DNA of 44,166 nucleotides from positions 1 to 44,166 of the forward strand of contig CAVSBT010000001.1 in NCBI GenBank assembly GCA_963726245.1, given 5' to 3'. This document shows positions 19,728-29,861 of the stretch, piece by piece (position 1 is the stretch's first letter; every line of letters begins with the position of its first letter). The DNA is from an uncultured Chloroflexia bacterium (GTDB lineage: Bacteria > Chloroflexota > Dehalococcoidia > DSTF01 > JALHUB01). The translations under genes were made by a program, and so were the position numbers. The notes under the pieces are model-generated. The model ran no database searches, was not told where the DNA came from, and saw nothing but the letters and a program-made list of their open reading frames with translations.

Positions 19728-20120
19728 ATGGCAGTCCCTCCGGAGCTACGCTACTCGAAGGAGCACGAGTGGGTGCGGGTCGAGGGCGACATCGCCACTG
19801 TCGGCATCACCGACCACGCCCAGGAGCAGCTAGGCGATCTGGTCTACCTGGACCTGCCCAAGGTGGGGACTGCTGTCCACCAGTTCGAGAAGCTGGGCGA
19901 GATCGAGTCCGTGAAGGCGGTGTCGGACCTCTTCTCGCCGGTCAGCGGCGAGGTGACGGAGCGCAACGAGGAGGCCGTGAAGGCGCCGGAGCTGGTGAAC
20001 CAGGACCCCTACGGTCGCGGCTGGCTGGTGAGGCTGTCCCTCTCGGACGCCAGCGAAGTGGACAAGCTGCTGACGGCAGAGCAGTACGAAGAGCTCGTCG
20101 CCCAGGAACAGGCAGAGTGA
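19728..20120 (+). CDS. gcvH: Glycine cleavage system H protein
   Basis: YSKEHEWV, GITDHAQEQLGD, IESVKAVSD (lipoyl Lys), NQDPYGRGW. Confidence 0.95.
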   Translation: MAVPPELRYSKEHEWVRVEGDIATVGITDHAQEQLGDLVYLDLPKVGTAVHQFEKLGEIESVKAVSDLFSPVSGEVTERNEEAVKAPELVNQDPYGRGWLVRLSLSDASEVDKLLTAEQYEELVAQEQAE

Positions 20121-20134
20121 CGGGCCGCTAGCGG

Positions 20135-20156
20135 TCTGCGGGCTTCGACCCGCAGA
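20135..20156. repeat. Intercistronic hairpin between gcvH and gcvPA
   Basis: tctgcggg-cttcga-cccgcaga; the stem resembles the REP at 3872. Confidence 0.6.
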
Positions 20157-20177
20157 GACGTCCACGCAGGACAGCCC

Positions 20178-21535
20178 GTGCCTAACCCCTACATCGCCAA
20201 CACCGAGGCCGACCGGCGGGCCATGCTGGAGGCCATCGGCGCCCGCTCCCTGGACGACCTCTTCGCCGACATCCCCGAGGCCCAGCGCGACCCGCCCCTG
20301 AACCTGCCGCCGCCCCTCTCGGAGCCCGAGCTGCTGGCGGAGCTGTCGGCCCTGGCCGCTCGCAACCGCGCCGGCCGGGCGACGATGGCGTGCTTCCTGG
20401 GCGGGGGCGCCTACCACCACTTCATCCCCAGCGTCGTGGGGCAGATCATGTCCCGCGGCGAGTTCTCCACCTCCTACACCCCCTATCAGCCGGAGGTGAG
20501 CCAGGGCACCCTCCAGACCGCCTTCGAGTTCCAGTCGCTGGTCTGCGAGCTGCTGGGCATGGAGGTGGCCAACGCCGGCATGTACGACGGCGCCAGCGCC
20601 CTGGCCGAGGCCTGCCTGATGGCCGCCGCCATCACCGGTCGCCGCCGCATCGCCGTCCTCGAGACCGTCCACCCTCACTACGAGGCGGTGGTGCGCACCT
20701 ACGCCGCGGGGCGCGGCCTGGCCGTGGACGCAGGTGGCGGCGGAAGGCCCGTCGGTGTGACAGAGGAGCACGCCTGCCTGGTCGTCCAGCAGCCCAACTT
20801 CTTCGGCTACCTGGAGGACGTGGACGGCTCTGGGGCAGGCGGCCCACGCCGCCGGGGCCCTGTACGTGGCTGTGGTCGAGCCGGTATCGCTGGGGCTGTT
20901 GCGGCCGCCGGGCGAGTACGGCGCGGACATCGCCGTGGGCGAGGGGCAGCCCCTGGGCATTCCCCTGAGCTTCGGAGGGCCGTACCTGGGGCTCTTCGCC
21001 TGCCGGCAGGAGTACGTGCGCCAGATGCCGGGGCGCATCGTCGGGCGGACGCGGGACGCCGAGGGCCGGACGGGGTACGTCCTCACCCTCCAGACGCGGG
21101 AGCAGCACATCCGGAGGGAGCGGGCCACCTCCAACATCTGCACCAGCGAGCAACTGGTGGCCCTGGCGGCCACGGTGTACCTGTGCGCGATGGGGAAGCA
21201 GGGGCTGCGCCGGGTGGCGGAGCTCTGCTATCACAAGGCCCACTACGCCGCCGAGCGCATCGCCGGGCTGCCGGGCTACCGGCTGCCGCTGGAAGGAGCG
21301 TTCTTCAACGAGTTCGTGGTGCGGCTGCCCGAGGCCGGTGGCGGAGGTGAACCGGGCGCTGCTGGAGGAGGGCATCGTGGGCGGGCTGGACGTGTCGCCG
21401 GGACGGACGCCGGGCTAAAGCGGCCTTCGGGGGCTGCCCGAGCACGCGATGCTGCTCTGCGTGACGGAGATGAACACGCGGGAGGAGATCGACCGGCTGG
21501 TGGAGGCGCTGGGTGGCCTGGGAGGAGCGCGGTGA
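20178..21535 (+). CDS. gcvPA: Glycine dehydrogenase subunit 1 (frameshifts; in-frame TAA at 21416)
   Basis: [61 protein letters not shown]. Confidence 0.9.
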
Positions 21536-23027
21536 CGGGCCCGGCGAACGCCTGACCCCGGCGCTACCCTCAGCTTCGACCTGAGCCGGCCGGGGCGCAT
21601 CGCCTGCGCCCTGCCGGAGCTCGACGTGCCCGCGGCGCCGCTGCCGCCGGAGCCGCTCTGCGCCGCTGACGCCGACGGACGTGGCCTGCGCCTGCCGGAG
21701 CTCTCCCAGCCCGACCTGGTGCGCTACTTCACCCGCCTCTCCCAGCGCAACTTCAGCGTCGACACCGGCTTCTATCCCCTCGGTAGCTGCACTATGAAGT
21801 ACAACCCGCGGGTGCACGAGGAGATCGCCCGCCTGCCGGGCTTCGCCGGGCTCCACCCGCACCAGCGGGAGACGGCCCAGGGGGCCCTGGCCCTGATGTT
21901 CGACCTCCAGCGGCTCCTGGCGGAGATCACGGGCATGGACGCCGTCAGCCTGGCGCCGGCGGCCGGCGCCCACGGCGAGCTGACCGGCATCCTCATGGTC
22001 CGCGCCTACCACCAGCACCGGGGCGACAGCCAGCGTGCGGCGGGTGCTGGTGCCCGACACCGCCCACGGCACCAACCCGGCCACGGCCGCCATGTGCGGC
22101 TACGAGGTGGTGAGCGTCGCCTCGTGCGTCGACGGCAACATGGACCTGGACGCCCTGGCGGCCGCTCTCGACGATTCGGTGGCGGCGCTGATGCTGACCC
22201 TGCCCAACACCCTGGGCCTCTTCGACCCCCAGATCCTGCGCATCGCCGAGATGGTGCATCGCGCCGGGGCCCTCCTCTACGGCGACGGCGCCAACCTGAA
22301 CGCCCTGCTGGGACGGGTGAAGCCGGGCGACCTGGGCTTCGACGTCGTGCACCTGAACCTGCACAAGACCTTCTCCACGCCCCACGGCGGCGGCGGGCCC
22401 GGCTCCGGGCCCGTCGCCGTCAGGGAGCCGCTGGCCCCCTTCCTGCCGACGCCCGTCGTGCGCCGCCGGGACGGCGAAGGCGATTACGTGCTGGCGGCGC
22501 CGGAACAGAGCATCGGGCGGGTGGGCCTCTTCCACGGCAACTTCGGGGTCATGGTGCGGGCCTACGCCTACATCCGCTCCCTGGGCGCCGCCGGCCTGCG
22601 CGAGGTGAGCGAGAACGCCGTCCTCAACGCCAACTACGTCCTGGCCCGCTTGCGCGACGCCTACCGCCTCCCCTACGACCGCCGCTGCATGCACGAGGTG
22701 GTCTTCTCCGGGTCGCGCCAGAAGGCGAAGGGGGTGAAGACGCTGGACATCGCCAAGCGGCTCATCGACTACGGCTTCCACCCGCCGACCATCTACTTCC
22801 CCCTGATGGTGGACGAGGCGATGCTGATCGAGCCGACGGAGACGGAGAGCAAGGAGACGCTGGACGCCTTCTGCGACGCCATGCTGGCCATCGCGCGGGA
22901 GGCGGAGGAGGAGCCGGAGGTGGTGCGGTCGGCGCCGCAGCGGGCGCCGCTGGGCCGCCTGGACGAGGCGACGGCGGCCCGCCAGCCCATCCTGCGCTGG
23001 CGGCCTCCGGAGGAGCCGAGCCCGTGA
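21532..23027 (+). CDS. gcvPB: Glycine dehydrogenase subunit 2 (frameshifts)
   Basis: [60 protein letters not shown]. Confidence 0.9.
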
Positions 23028-24194
23028 TGAAACGACGCTTGTTCGCCGTCGCCGGCCTGCTGGCGGCGGTCACAGTGCTCGCCGCCTGCGGCGGAGGGGA
23101 GAAGGCGCCCTCCCCCACGCCAACAGCGGCCACTCCCACACCAGGGCCCGCCACGCCGGTGCCGACCGCGTCTGTCGGCGCGCCGACGCCTGGGCCGCGC
23201 GGGACGCCCGCGGCACCCCCGGCGCCCGAAGTGAAGTTGCCCGCGGGCTTCGCGGCCTTTGTAGTGGCCGAGAACCTATCAGGGCCAACATCCATAGCAG
23301 TCGAGGGAAAAGGACGGGTCTACGTCTCGGAGCTGGGCGGCATCGTCTGGCGGCTGCGCGACGAAAACGGCGACGGCGTGTTCGAGGCGCGGGACCGCTT
23401 CGTCGAGGTGGCGCCCAGCATCGACGGCATCGCCCTGGCGCCCGACGGCAGCCTCTACGTCTCTCACACCGGCCGCGTAACGGTGGCCAGCGCCGCCGGC
23501 ACCGGCGGCACAGCGGCGAGCGTGCGCGAGATCGTGAGCGGCCTGCCCAACGGGCGGCACCAGAACAACGGCCTGGCATTCGGGCCGGACGGCAAGCTCT
23601 ACCTGACCAACGGCTCCACCTGCAACGATTGCCAGGAGAGCGACCCGCGTTCGGCCACGATTCTGCGGCTCAACCCTGACGGCACCAACCTGGAGGTCTT
23701 CGCCCACGGGCTCCGCAACCCCTACGACCTCGACCTTCACGCCCGACGGGCGGCTCTGGGCCACCGACAACGGCGCCGACCCGCCCTGCGCCACCATCGA
23801 CGAGCTGAACCTCATCGAGGAGGGGAAGGACTACGGGTGGCCCTACTCGCCGGGGTGCGACGCCCTCGCCAAGGGCGAGAGGCCGGTGGCCAACCTGGGC
23901 TACTTCACCTCGTCGGACGGCCTCGCCTACTACGACGCCGACGCCTTCCCCGCCGAGTACCGTGGCAGCTTCTTCGTCGCCCAGTATGGAGCCAACAGCG
24001 GCGACCCCAACATCGGGAAGCGGGTGGTGAACGTGAAGGTCAGAGATACGGCCCAGGGACCTCAAGACGAGGTGACGGACTTCGCCCTGGGGCTGGACCA
24101 CCCCCTGGACGTCGCGGTGGACCAGGACGGCAGCCTGCTGGTGGCGGACTTCGGGTCGGGGAAGATATATCGCATCACCTACAGCGGCAGCTGA
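23027..24194 (+). CDS. Lipoprotein, PQQ-dependent glucose/sorbosone dehydrogenase-like beta-propeller (frameshift near 23735)
   Basis: Lipobox VLAAC, Pro/Thr linker, HQNNGLAFGPDGKLY, GLRNPYD, DELNLI..GKDYGWP, HPLDVAVDQDGSLLVAD. Confidence 0.85.
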
Positions 24195-24219
24195 GCCTGC
24201 CGGCGGCCAGGAGGCCAGG

Positions 24220-24900
24220 ATGAGGAAGACGCTGGACGAGATGGCGGCCCGACGGCTGCTGACGGGCGGACCCGTAGCGCTGGTCACAACGACCTGGCAC
24301 GCGAAAACGAACGTCATGCCCATCGCCTACGTCATGCCCCTCAGCTTCCAGCCGCCGCTGGTGGGCATCGCCGTGCACCCCTCGCGGCACACCCACGACA
24401 TGATCCGCTTCAGCGAGGAGTTCGCCATCAACGTGCCGGGGCGGAGCCTTATCCACCACGTCCAGTACCTGGGCAGCGTCTCGGGCAAGGAGCTGGACAA
24501 GTTTGAGGTGACGAAGCTGCCCACGTTCAAGGCGCGCAAGGTGGAGGCGCCCCTCATCGAGGGGTGCATCGCCTACATTGAGTGTGGCCTCGAGGACGCC
24601 CTGCGCCTCGGCGACCACACCCTGTTCGTGGGTCGGGTCGTGGCGGCCTCTGCGGACGACGAAGCCTTCGACGAGACGTGGCTCCTGGCCGACGACGACC
24701 AGAAGCCGCTGCACTACCTGGGCCTTGCCCGTTACGCGATCCTGGGCGAGAGGATGGAGGCGCGGGTGCCCCAGCCGGCCGAGGAGCCGCAGGAGAAGCT
24801 GGAGGAGGCGGCGGAGGGGAAACTGGAGCTGGGCCGCGAGCAGGAGGAGAAGCGGCGCGAGGAGGGAGAGCGCCGGCGGCGAGAGAGCCAGCCCCAGTGA
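24220..24900 (+). CDS. Flavin reductase family protein
   Basis: PVALVTT, NVMPIA, EFAINVP, GSVSGKELDKF, GDHTLFVGRV; charged C-terminal tail. Confidence 0.9.
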   Translation: MRKTLDEMAARRLLTGGPVALVTTTWHAKTNVMPIAYVMPLSFQPPLVGIAVHPSRHTHDMIRFSEEFAINVPGRSLIHHVQYLGSVSGKELDKFEVTKLPTFKARKVEAPLIEGCIAYIECGLEDALRLGDHTLFVGRVVAASADDEAFDETWLLADDDQKPLHYLGLARYAILGERMEARVPQPAEEPQEKLEEAAEGKLELGREQEEKRREEGERRRRESQPQ

Positions 24901-24904
24901 GGCT

Positions 24905-25062
24905 CTAGTGTCTTGAGTCAGAGATTCGGCAGTAAAGTCAAATGGTTTGTCTCTGTCATGCTGAACGAAGTGAGGCATCCGGCGGTGCACGCCCGCCATC
25001 ACGGATTCTTCGCTGACGCTCAGAATGACATTTGGGTGCGGATTCCTGATTGACCACACTAG
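24905..25062. mobile_element. Putative MITE with CTAGTGT ends, containing a nested TGTC palindrome pair
   Basis: Left end CTAGTGTCTTGAGTCAGAGATTC; reverse complement of right end CTAGTGTGGTCAATCAGGAATCC. No ORF. Confidence 0.55.
24954..25030. repeat. TGTC-tagged palindromic repeat pair (GIY-YIG-associated family)
   Basis: tgtcatgctgaacgaagtgaggcatcc...ggattcttcgctgacgctcagaatgaca. Confidence 0.85.
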
Positions 25063-25082
25063 GAGACCGACTGCCAGCTCTC

Positions 25083-25124
25083 TTGACAGGCAGCCATTGC
25101 CGTACTATAAAGTGAGCGCTCACT
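25083..25124 (+). promoter_or_regulatory. Sigma70 promoter with overlapping 14-bp perfect palindrome (probable TetR operator)
   Basis: TTGACA(25083)-N17-TATAAA(25106), then AGTGAGCGCTCACT (25111-25124), 7 nt before the TetR ATG. Confidence 0.85.
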
Positions 25125-25131
25125 CACTAAG

Positions 25132-25866
25132 ATGGTACGGGCAAAACGTCTCCCCGCCCGCGAGCGACGGCGCCGCATCATCGAGGCCGCGCGCAGCGTC
25201 TTCGCTACCTCTGGCTACGCCAACGTCGGCACCGCCGAGCTGGCCAAAGCGGCCGGCGTCTCCGAGCCCGCCCTCTATCGCTACTTCGACAGCAAGCGCG
25301 ACCTCTTCGTCGCCTGCATAGGCAGCGCCGGCGAGCGGCTGGTGGAGCTCTGGCAGCAGACGGCCGCGGAGCTCGAGGACCCGCTGGAGATACTGCGTTC
25401 CATCTGCCTCGGCTACTACGACCACGCCCGCGGCCGCTCCGGCTTCATGCGGTTGCAGTTCCGCGCCCTGGCCGAGTCCGACGATCCAGAGATCCGGGAG
25501 GCCCTGCGGAGCAACTTCCGGGCCCTGTTCCGCTTCTTGATGGAGGCGCTGGAGGAGGGGAAGCGGCGGCGTTCCGTCGCCTCCGACCTGGACTCCGCTG
25601 CGGTGTCCTGGGAGTTCATCAGCCTCGGCCTGTCGCTGGACGTTATCTCTTTGCTGGGGTTCGATGACGGCGTCGACCGGCAGAGGGTCGAGCACTGGGC
25701 CGACTTCCTGCTCCAGGCCCTGCGCCCCGGCCCAGAGGTGAATCTGGAGGAGGCCCTGCGAGTGGTACGAAGGGTCTTCCCGCTCTGGCAGCCGCTGGGC
25801 CGCGACATGTATGCCGGCATTGAGTCATACGCCAGTGCCGAGAGCGAAGCCGGGAGAGAGCGATAG
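25132..25866 (+). CDS. TetR/AcrR family transcriptional regulator
   Basis: IIEAARSVFATSGYANVGTAELAKAAGVSEPALYRYFDSKRDLF HTH. Confidence 0.9.
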   Translation: MVRAKRLPARERRRRIIEAARSVFATSGYANVGTAELAKAAGVSEPALYRYFDSKRDLFVACIGSAGERLVELWQQTAAELEDPLEILRSICLGYYDHARGRSGFMRLQFRALAESDDPEIREALRSNFRALFRFLMEALEEGKRRRSVASDLDSAAVSWEFISLGLSLDVISLLGFDDGVDRQRVEHWADFLLQALRPGPEVNLEEALRVVRRVFPLWQPLGRDMYAGIESYASAESEAGRER

Positions 25867-26025
25867 GGCGCCATGGTTGGTGGTCAGGAAGAGCTGCAAG
25901 ACGAATGCCTGTACCGGCTCACCTTGAGGTTCGATGCCAAGAGCCACGATCAGAGCAACGGCAAGGTAGAGAAGCCTGCCGCCGGCGGCGCCTGGACCTG
26001 AGAGGGCGGAAAAGGAGCAGCGGGG

Positions 26026-26820
26026 GTGAGTTACGAGACGATCCGACTGACGAAGACTGAGGGCGTCACCACCATCACACTGAACCGACCGGAGACGCTG
26101 AACGCCTTCAACTTCGCGATGGCCGAAGAGGTTCTGGACGCCCTCATGGCGTGCGGGAAGGACGACGGCGTCCGGGTCGTGATCCTGTGCGGGGAAGGGC
26201 GCGCGTTCTCCGCCGGCGGGGACGTGAAGGCGATGGCAGGGTATCTGGCGGAGGGGAAGCCCGTCCGCTTCTTCCAGCGCCTCATACCGCTCCTGCATCC
26301 GATCCTGGTGGAGATGACACGGATGCCGAAGCCCGTCATCGGCCGGGTGCATGGCTCCGCCAGCGGCTACGGCATGAGTCTGGCCCTGGGCTGCGATCTG
26401 GTGGTGGCGGGGGAGAGCGCACGCTTCAATATGGCCTACGTCCTCGTAGGCCTGGCGCCCGATGGCGGGTCCACCTTCTTCCTGCCGCGACTGGTCGGGC
26501 CGAGGAGGGCGCTGGAGATCTTCTTCACCGGAGAGGCAATTGACGCCCCGGAGGCGGAGCGACTGGGCATCGTCAACCGGGTTGTGCCGGACGCGGAGCT
26601 GGAGCAGACCACTCAGGATCTGGCGCGGAAGCTGGCGCAGGGCCCGCCCTTGGCGATGGCTGAGGCCAAGAGGCTTGTGTACCGGGGCCTCGGCGAGACG
26701 CTGGAGCGCCAGCTCGAGGACGAGCGGGAAGCCATCGTGAGGACCGCCGCCACCGGGGACTTCAGCGAGGGCGTGTCCGCATTCGCGGAGAAGCGGCGGG
26801 CCACCTTCAGAGGCAGATAG
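26026..26820 (+). CDS. Enoyl-CoA hydratase/isomerase family protein
   Basis: TITLNRPETLNA, AFSAGGDV, KPVIGRVHG..SGYG, GLAPDGG, DFSEGVSAFAEKR. Confidence 0.9.
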   Translation: MSYETIRLTKTEGVTTITLNRPETLNAFNFAMAEEVLDALMACGKDDGVRVVILCGEGRAFSAGGDVKAMAGYLAEGKPVRFFQRLIPLLHPILVEMTRMPKPVIGRVHGSASGYGMSLALGCDLVVAGESARFNMAYVLVGLAPDGGSTFFLPRLVGPRRALEIFFTGEAIDAPEAERLGIVNRVVPDAELEQTTQDLARKLAQGPPLAMAEAKRLVYRGLGETLERQLEDEREAIVRTAATGDFSEGVSAFAEKRRATFRGR

Positions 26821-26864
26821 AAGTCGGCCCTCCCCTGATTGAGGCGCGGGAAAGGAGCAAGACT

Positions 26865-28036
26865 GTGGATTTCAGAGACACCCCCCAAGAGGCGGAGTTC
26901 CGAAGGGGGGTGCGCGAGTTCATCCTGGCGGAGGCACCACTGGACAAGGGCAACTTCAAAGCAGGCCTGGGAGAAGGGCCTGACCTGGTGGAAGAAGCTC
27001 CAGGAGCGGGGCTGGATAGCCCCCGCCTGGCCCAAGGAGTACGGCGGCGCCGGCATGTCGGTGATTCAGCAGTTCATCTTCAACGAGGAGATGGCCGTAA
27101 TGAAGGCGCCGCGGCCGATACACCTGATCATCGGGCTGGGCATGGCGGGCCCGACGCTCATCGTCCACGGCACCGACGAGCAGAAGAAGAGGTTCCTGCC
27201 CCAGATGCTGAGCGGCGACGACATCTGGTGCCAGGGGTACAGCGAGCCTGAGGCCGGCTCGGACCTGGCCTCGCTGAGGACGCGGGCTGTCCGCGACGGC
27301 GATGACTACGTCATCAACGGGCAGAAGACCTGGACCACGCTGGCCCACCAGGCGAAGTGGATGATCATGCTGGCCCGCACGGACCCGGATGCCCCCAAGC
27401 ACAAGGGCATCACCTACTTCATCGTTGACATGAAGTCGCCGGGACTCACGATTCAACCGCTGGTAAACATGGCCGGCGGCCACGAGTTCAACGATGTCTT
27501 CCTCGACAACGTGCGGGTGCCTAAGGACAACGTGGTGGGCGAGGAGAATCGGGGCTGGTACGCCGCCGTCACAACGCTGGACTTCGAGCGCTCCAGCATC
27601 GGCTCGGCAGTCGGGATGCGGCAGGAGCTGGAGAGTCTCATCGAGTACGCGCGCGAGCACAAGGCGGACCACACCAGCACGCTGGGCATCAGCCCCACCC
27701 TTCGCTACGAGCTCTGCTGACCGGCTGATCGAGGCGGACGTGGCGCGGATGCTCTCCTATCGGGTGGCCAGCCTCCAGAGCCGCGGCCTCATTCCCAACT
27801 ACGAGGCGTCGGCGCTGAAGCTGTTCTCGACCGAACTGCACCAGCGTATTAGTATGACAGGGATCAAGATCCTCGGTCTGTATGGTCAATTGGATCGCGG
27901 CTGCGAGCTGGCTCCCCTTAAGGGCCGGCTCAGCTATAATTTCCTGCGCGGCGTCGCCCACACCATCGAAGGGGGAACGTCGGAGATCCAGCGGAACATC
28001 ATCGCCCAGCGCGGCCTGGGGCTGCCGCGGGACTAG
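26865..28036 (+). CDS. Acyl-CoA dehydrogenase (frameshifts near 26965 and 27716)
   Basis: MDFRDTPQE, WPKEYGG, WCQGYSEPEAGSDLASL, NGQKTWTT, LDFERS, TIEGGTSEIQRNIIAQRGLGLPR. Confidence 0.9.
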
Positions 28037-28072
28037 AGGAGCGGTCGCGCCAGCCGAGGGCGGGCGGGGTGG

Positions 28073-28632
28073 ATGAAGGTGGCTGCCTGGCAATACACTC
28101 TTGGTGCACGCGTTCGGGATGCCATCACCGTCTATTACGCTCGCTACCCGGACGCGAAGCCAGGCGAGATCGAGGCGTGGCTGCGGGATCGGGGCTTCGA
28201 TGTCAGCCAGAGCGATGTCGAAGACTACATGGCGGCCCTGGACAGCCGCCCTGACTGGCGCAGCGCCTGGATAAACCGCAACATCCATCGCTACGCCGAC
28301 GCCTTTGACCCAGACCAGTATCTGGCGATGAGGGGCTACGGCGAGGACAAAGAACCGCACGTGGTGGTGGAGGAGGTCCGCGGACGCGCCTGAAGAGGGC
28401 GAGGAGGAGTCCGAGAGCGAGGAGTCGGAGGAGGGCGAGGGGGAATACGAGGACGAGGAATCGGAGGAGGGAGGACGCTCAGGGGGAGGAATACTCTGTT
28501 GAGGCGCTCGCGCCGGCCGTTGCCGCTCCGATGCTTGGTGGTGAGGACCGGTTGCCGGGCATCGCGCTGGCCGTGGTGGGCTTGGCCTTGTGCGCGGGCA
28601 TCATAGCGGTGCTTATCGTTGTCCTCCGATAG
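28073..28632 (+). CDS. Hypothetical protein with acidic linker and C-terminal transmembrane anchor (frameshifted)
   Basis: ORF 28073-28393 continues in other frames as APEEGEEESESEESEEGEGEYEDEESEE...LPGIALAVVGLALCAGIIAVLIVVLR* (TAG 28630-28632). Confidence 0.6.
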
Positions 28633-28724
28633 AGTTCGCCGGCCGCGATGATGGCGGCCAGCGGTATGAGTTGCAGACCAGATGCGGCGAAAGTCGCCAG
28701 CTTCACTGTGAAAGGAGAACTCTT

Positions 28725-29861
28725 GTGGACCTAGGCCTCACTGAAGAGCAGGAGATGCTCAAGAACTTCGCCCGGGACTTCTTGGAGAAGGAGTGCCCGG
28801 AGAAGGTCGTCCGCGACATGGAGGAGGATGAGAAGGGCTACCCGCCGGAGCTCTGGCAGAAGATGGCGGAGCAGGGCTGGCAGGGGCTCGTCATTCCGCC
28901 CGAGTACGGAGGCACCGGGATGACGTTCCTGGACCTCATCATCCTGCTGGAGGAGTTCGGGCGCGCCATCGTGCCAGGCCCCTTTATCCCCACCGTCATC
29001 GGCGGCGCCGTTCCCATCATGGAGATGGGGTCAGAGGAGCAGAAGAAAGCGTTCCTTCCCAAGATCGCCGCCGGCCAGATGATCATGACGCTGGCGCTCA
29101 CCGAGCCTTCGGCCCGCTTCGACGCCGAGGGAGTGGAGCTGGCGGCCAAGGCGGAGGGCGACTCCTTCGTCCTCAACGGTACCAAGCTCTTCGTGCGGGA
29201 CTCCCACGTGAGCGACTACATGGTGGTGGTGGCCCGCACCAGCAAGGGCGCCAGCCCGGAGGACGGCATCACCCTCTTACTGGTGGACAGCCGGAGCCCA
29301 GGCATCACCCACACCCTGCTGAAGACCATCGCCAGCGACAAGCAGACCGAGGTCAAGTTCGAGAACGTGAAGGTGCCGAAGGGCAACGTCCTCGGCCAGG
29401 TGGACAAGGGTTGGGCCGGCCTGAAGAAGGTGCTGCTGAAGGCCACAGTTGCCGAGTGCGCCTACCTGGTGGGCCTGGCGCAGATGGACTTCGAGATCAG
29501 CGTCAACTACGCGAAGGAGCGCGTGCAGTTCGGGCGGCCCATCGGCTCATTCCAGGCCATCCAGCACAAGTGCGCCGACATGGTGACTGACGTGGACGGC
29601 GCCCGCTTCATCATGTACAAGGCGGCCTGGTCGGTGTCCGAGAACGAGCCCGACGCCGAAGTGGATGTCCACATGGCGAAAGCCTGGTGCAGCGAGGCGA
29701 CCCGCCGCGTGGTGGCCCACGGCCAGCAGATCCACGGCGGCATCGGCTTCACCGTAGACTACAAGGTTCAGCTCTACTTCCGCAGGCAGAAGGCGGCGGA
29801 GCTGGCCTGGGGCGACGCCGACTACCACCGGGAGCTCGTGGCAGACAGCCTGAAGCTGTAG
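28725..29861 (+). CDS. Acyl-CoA dehydrogenase (second, beta-subunit-like)
   Basis: GTG after AAAGGAG. DLGLTEEQEML, LALTEP, LNGTKLFV, RVQFGRPIGSFQAIQH, QIHGGIGFT, YFRR..LAWGD. Confidence 0.9.
   Translation: MDLGLTEEQEMLKNFARDFLEKECPEKVVRDMEEDEKGYPPELWQKMAEQGWQGLVIPPEYGGTGMTFLDLIILLEEFGRAIVPGPFIPTVIGGAVPIMEMGSEEQKKAFLPKIAAGQMIMTLALTEPSARFDAEGVELAAKAEGDSFVLNGTKLFVRDSHVSDYMVVVARTSKGASPEDGITLLLVDSRSPGITHTLLKTIASDKQTEVKFENVKVPKGNVLGQVDKGWAGLKKVLLKATVAECAYLVGLAQMDFEISVNYAKERVQFGRPIGSFQAIQHKCADMVTDVDGARFIMYKAAWSVSENEPDAEVDVHMAKAWCSEATRRVVAHGQQIHGGIGFTVDYKVQLYFRRQKAAELAWGDADYHRELVADSLKL

Noticed and set aside
24912-24932. HspR operator (HAIR, CTTGAGT-N7-ACTCAAG)
   Set aside because: Only one half-site, located within a putative MITE end and not upstream of a heat-shock gene.
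28394-28480. GAG-rich low-complexity tract as a non-coding repeat
   Set aside because: It reads as the Glu-rich linker of the frameshifted 28073-28632 gene.
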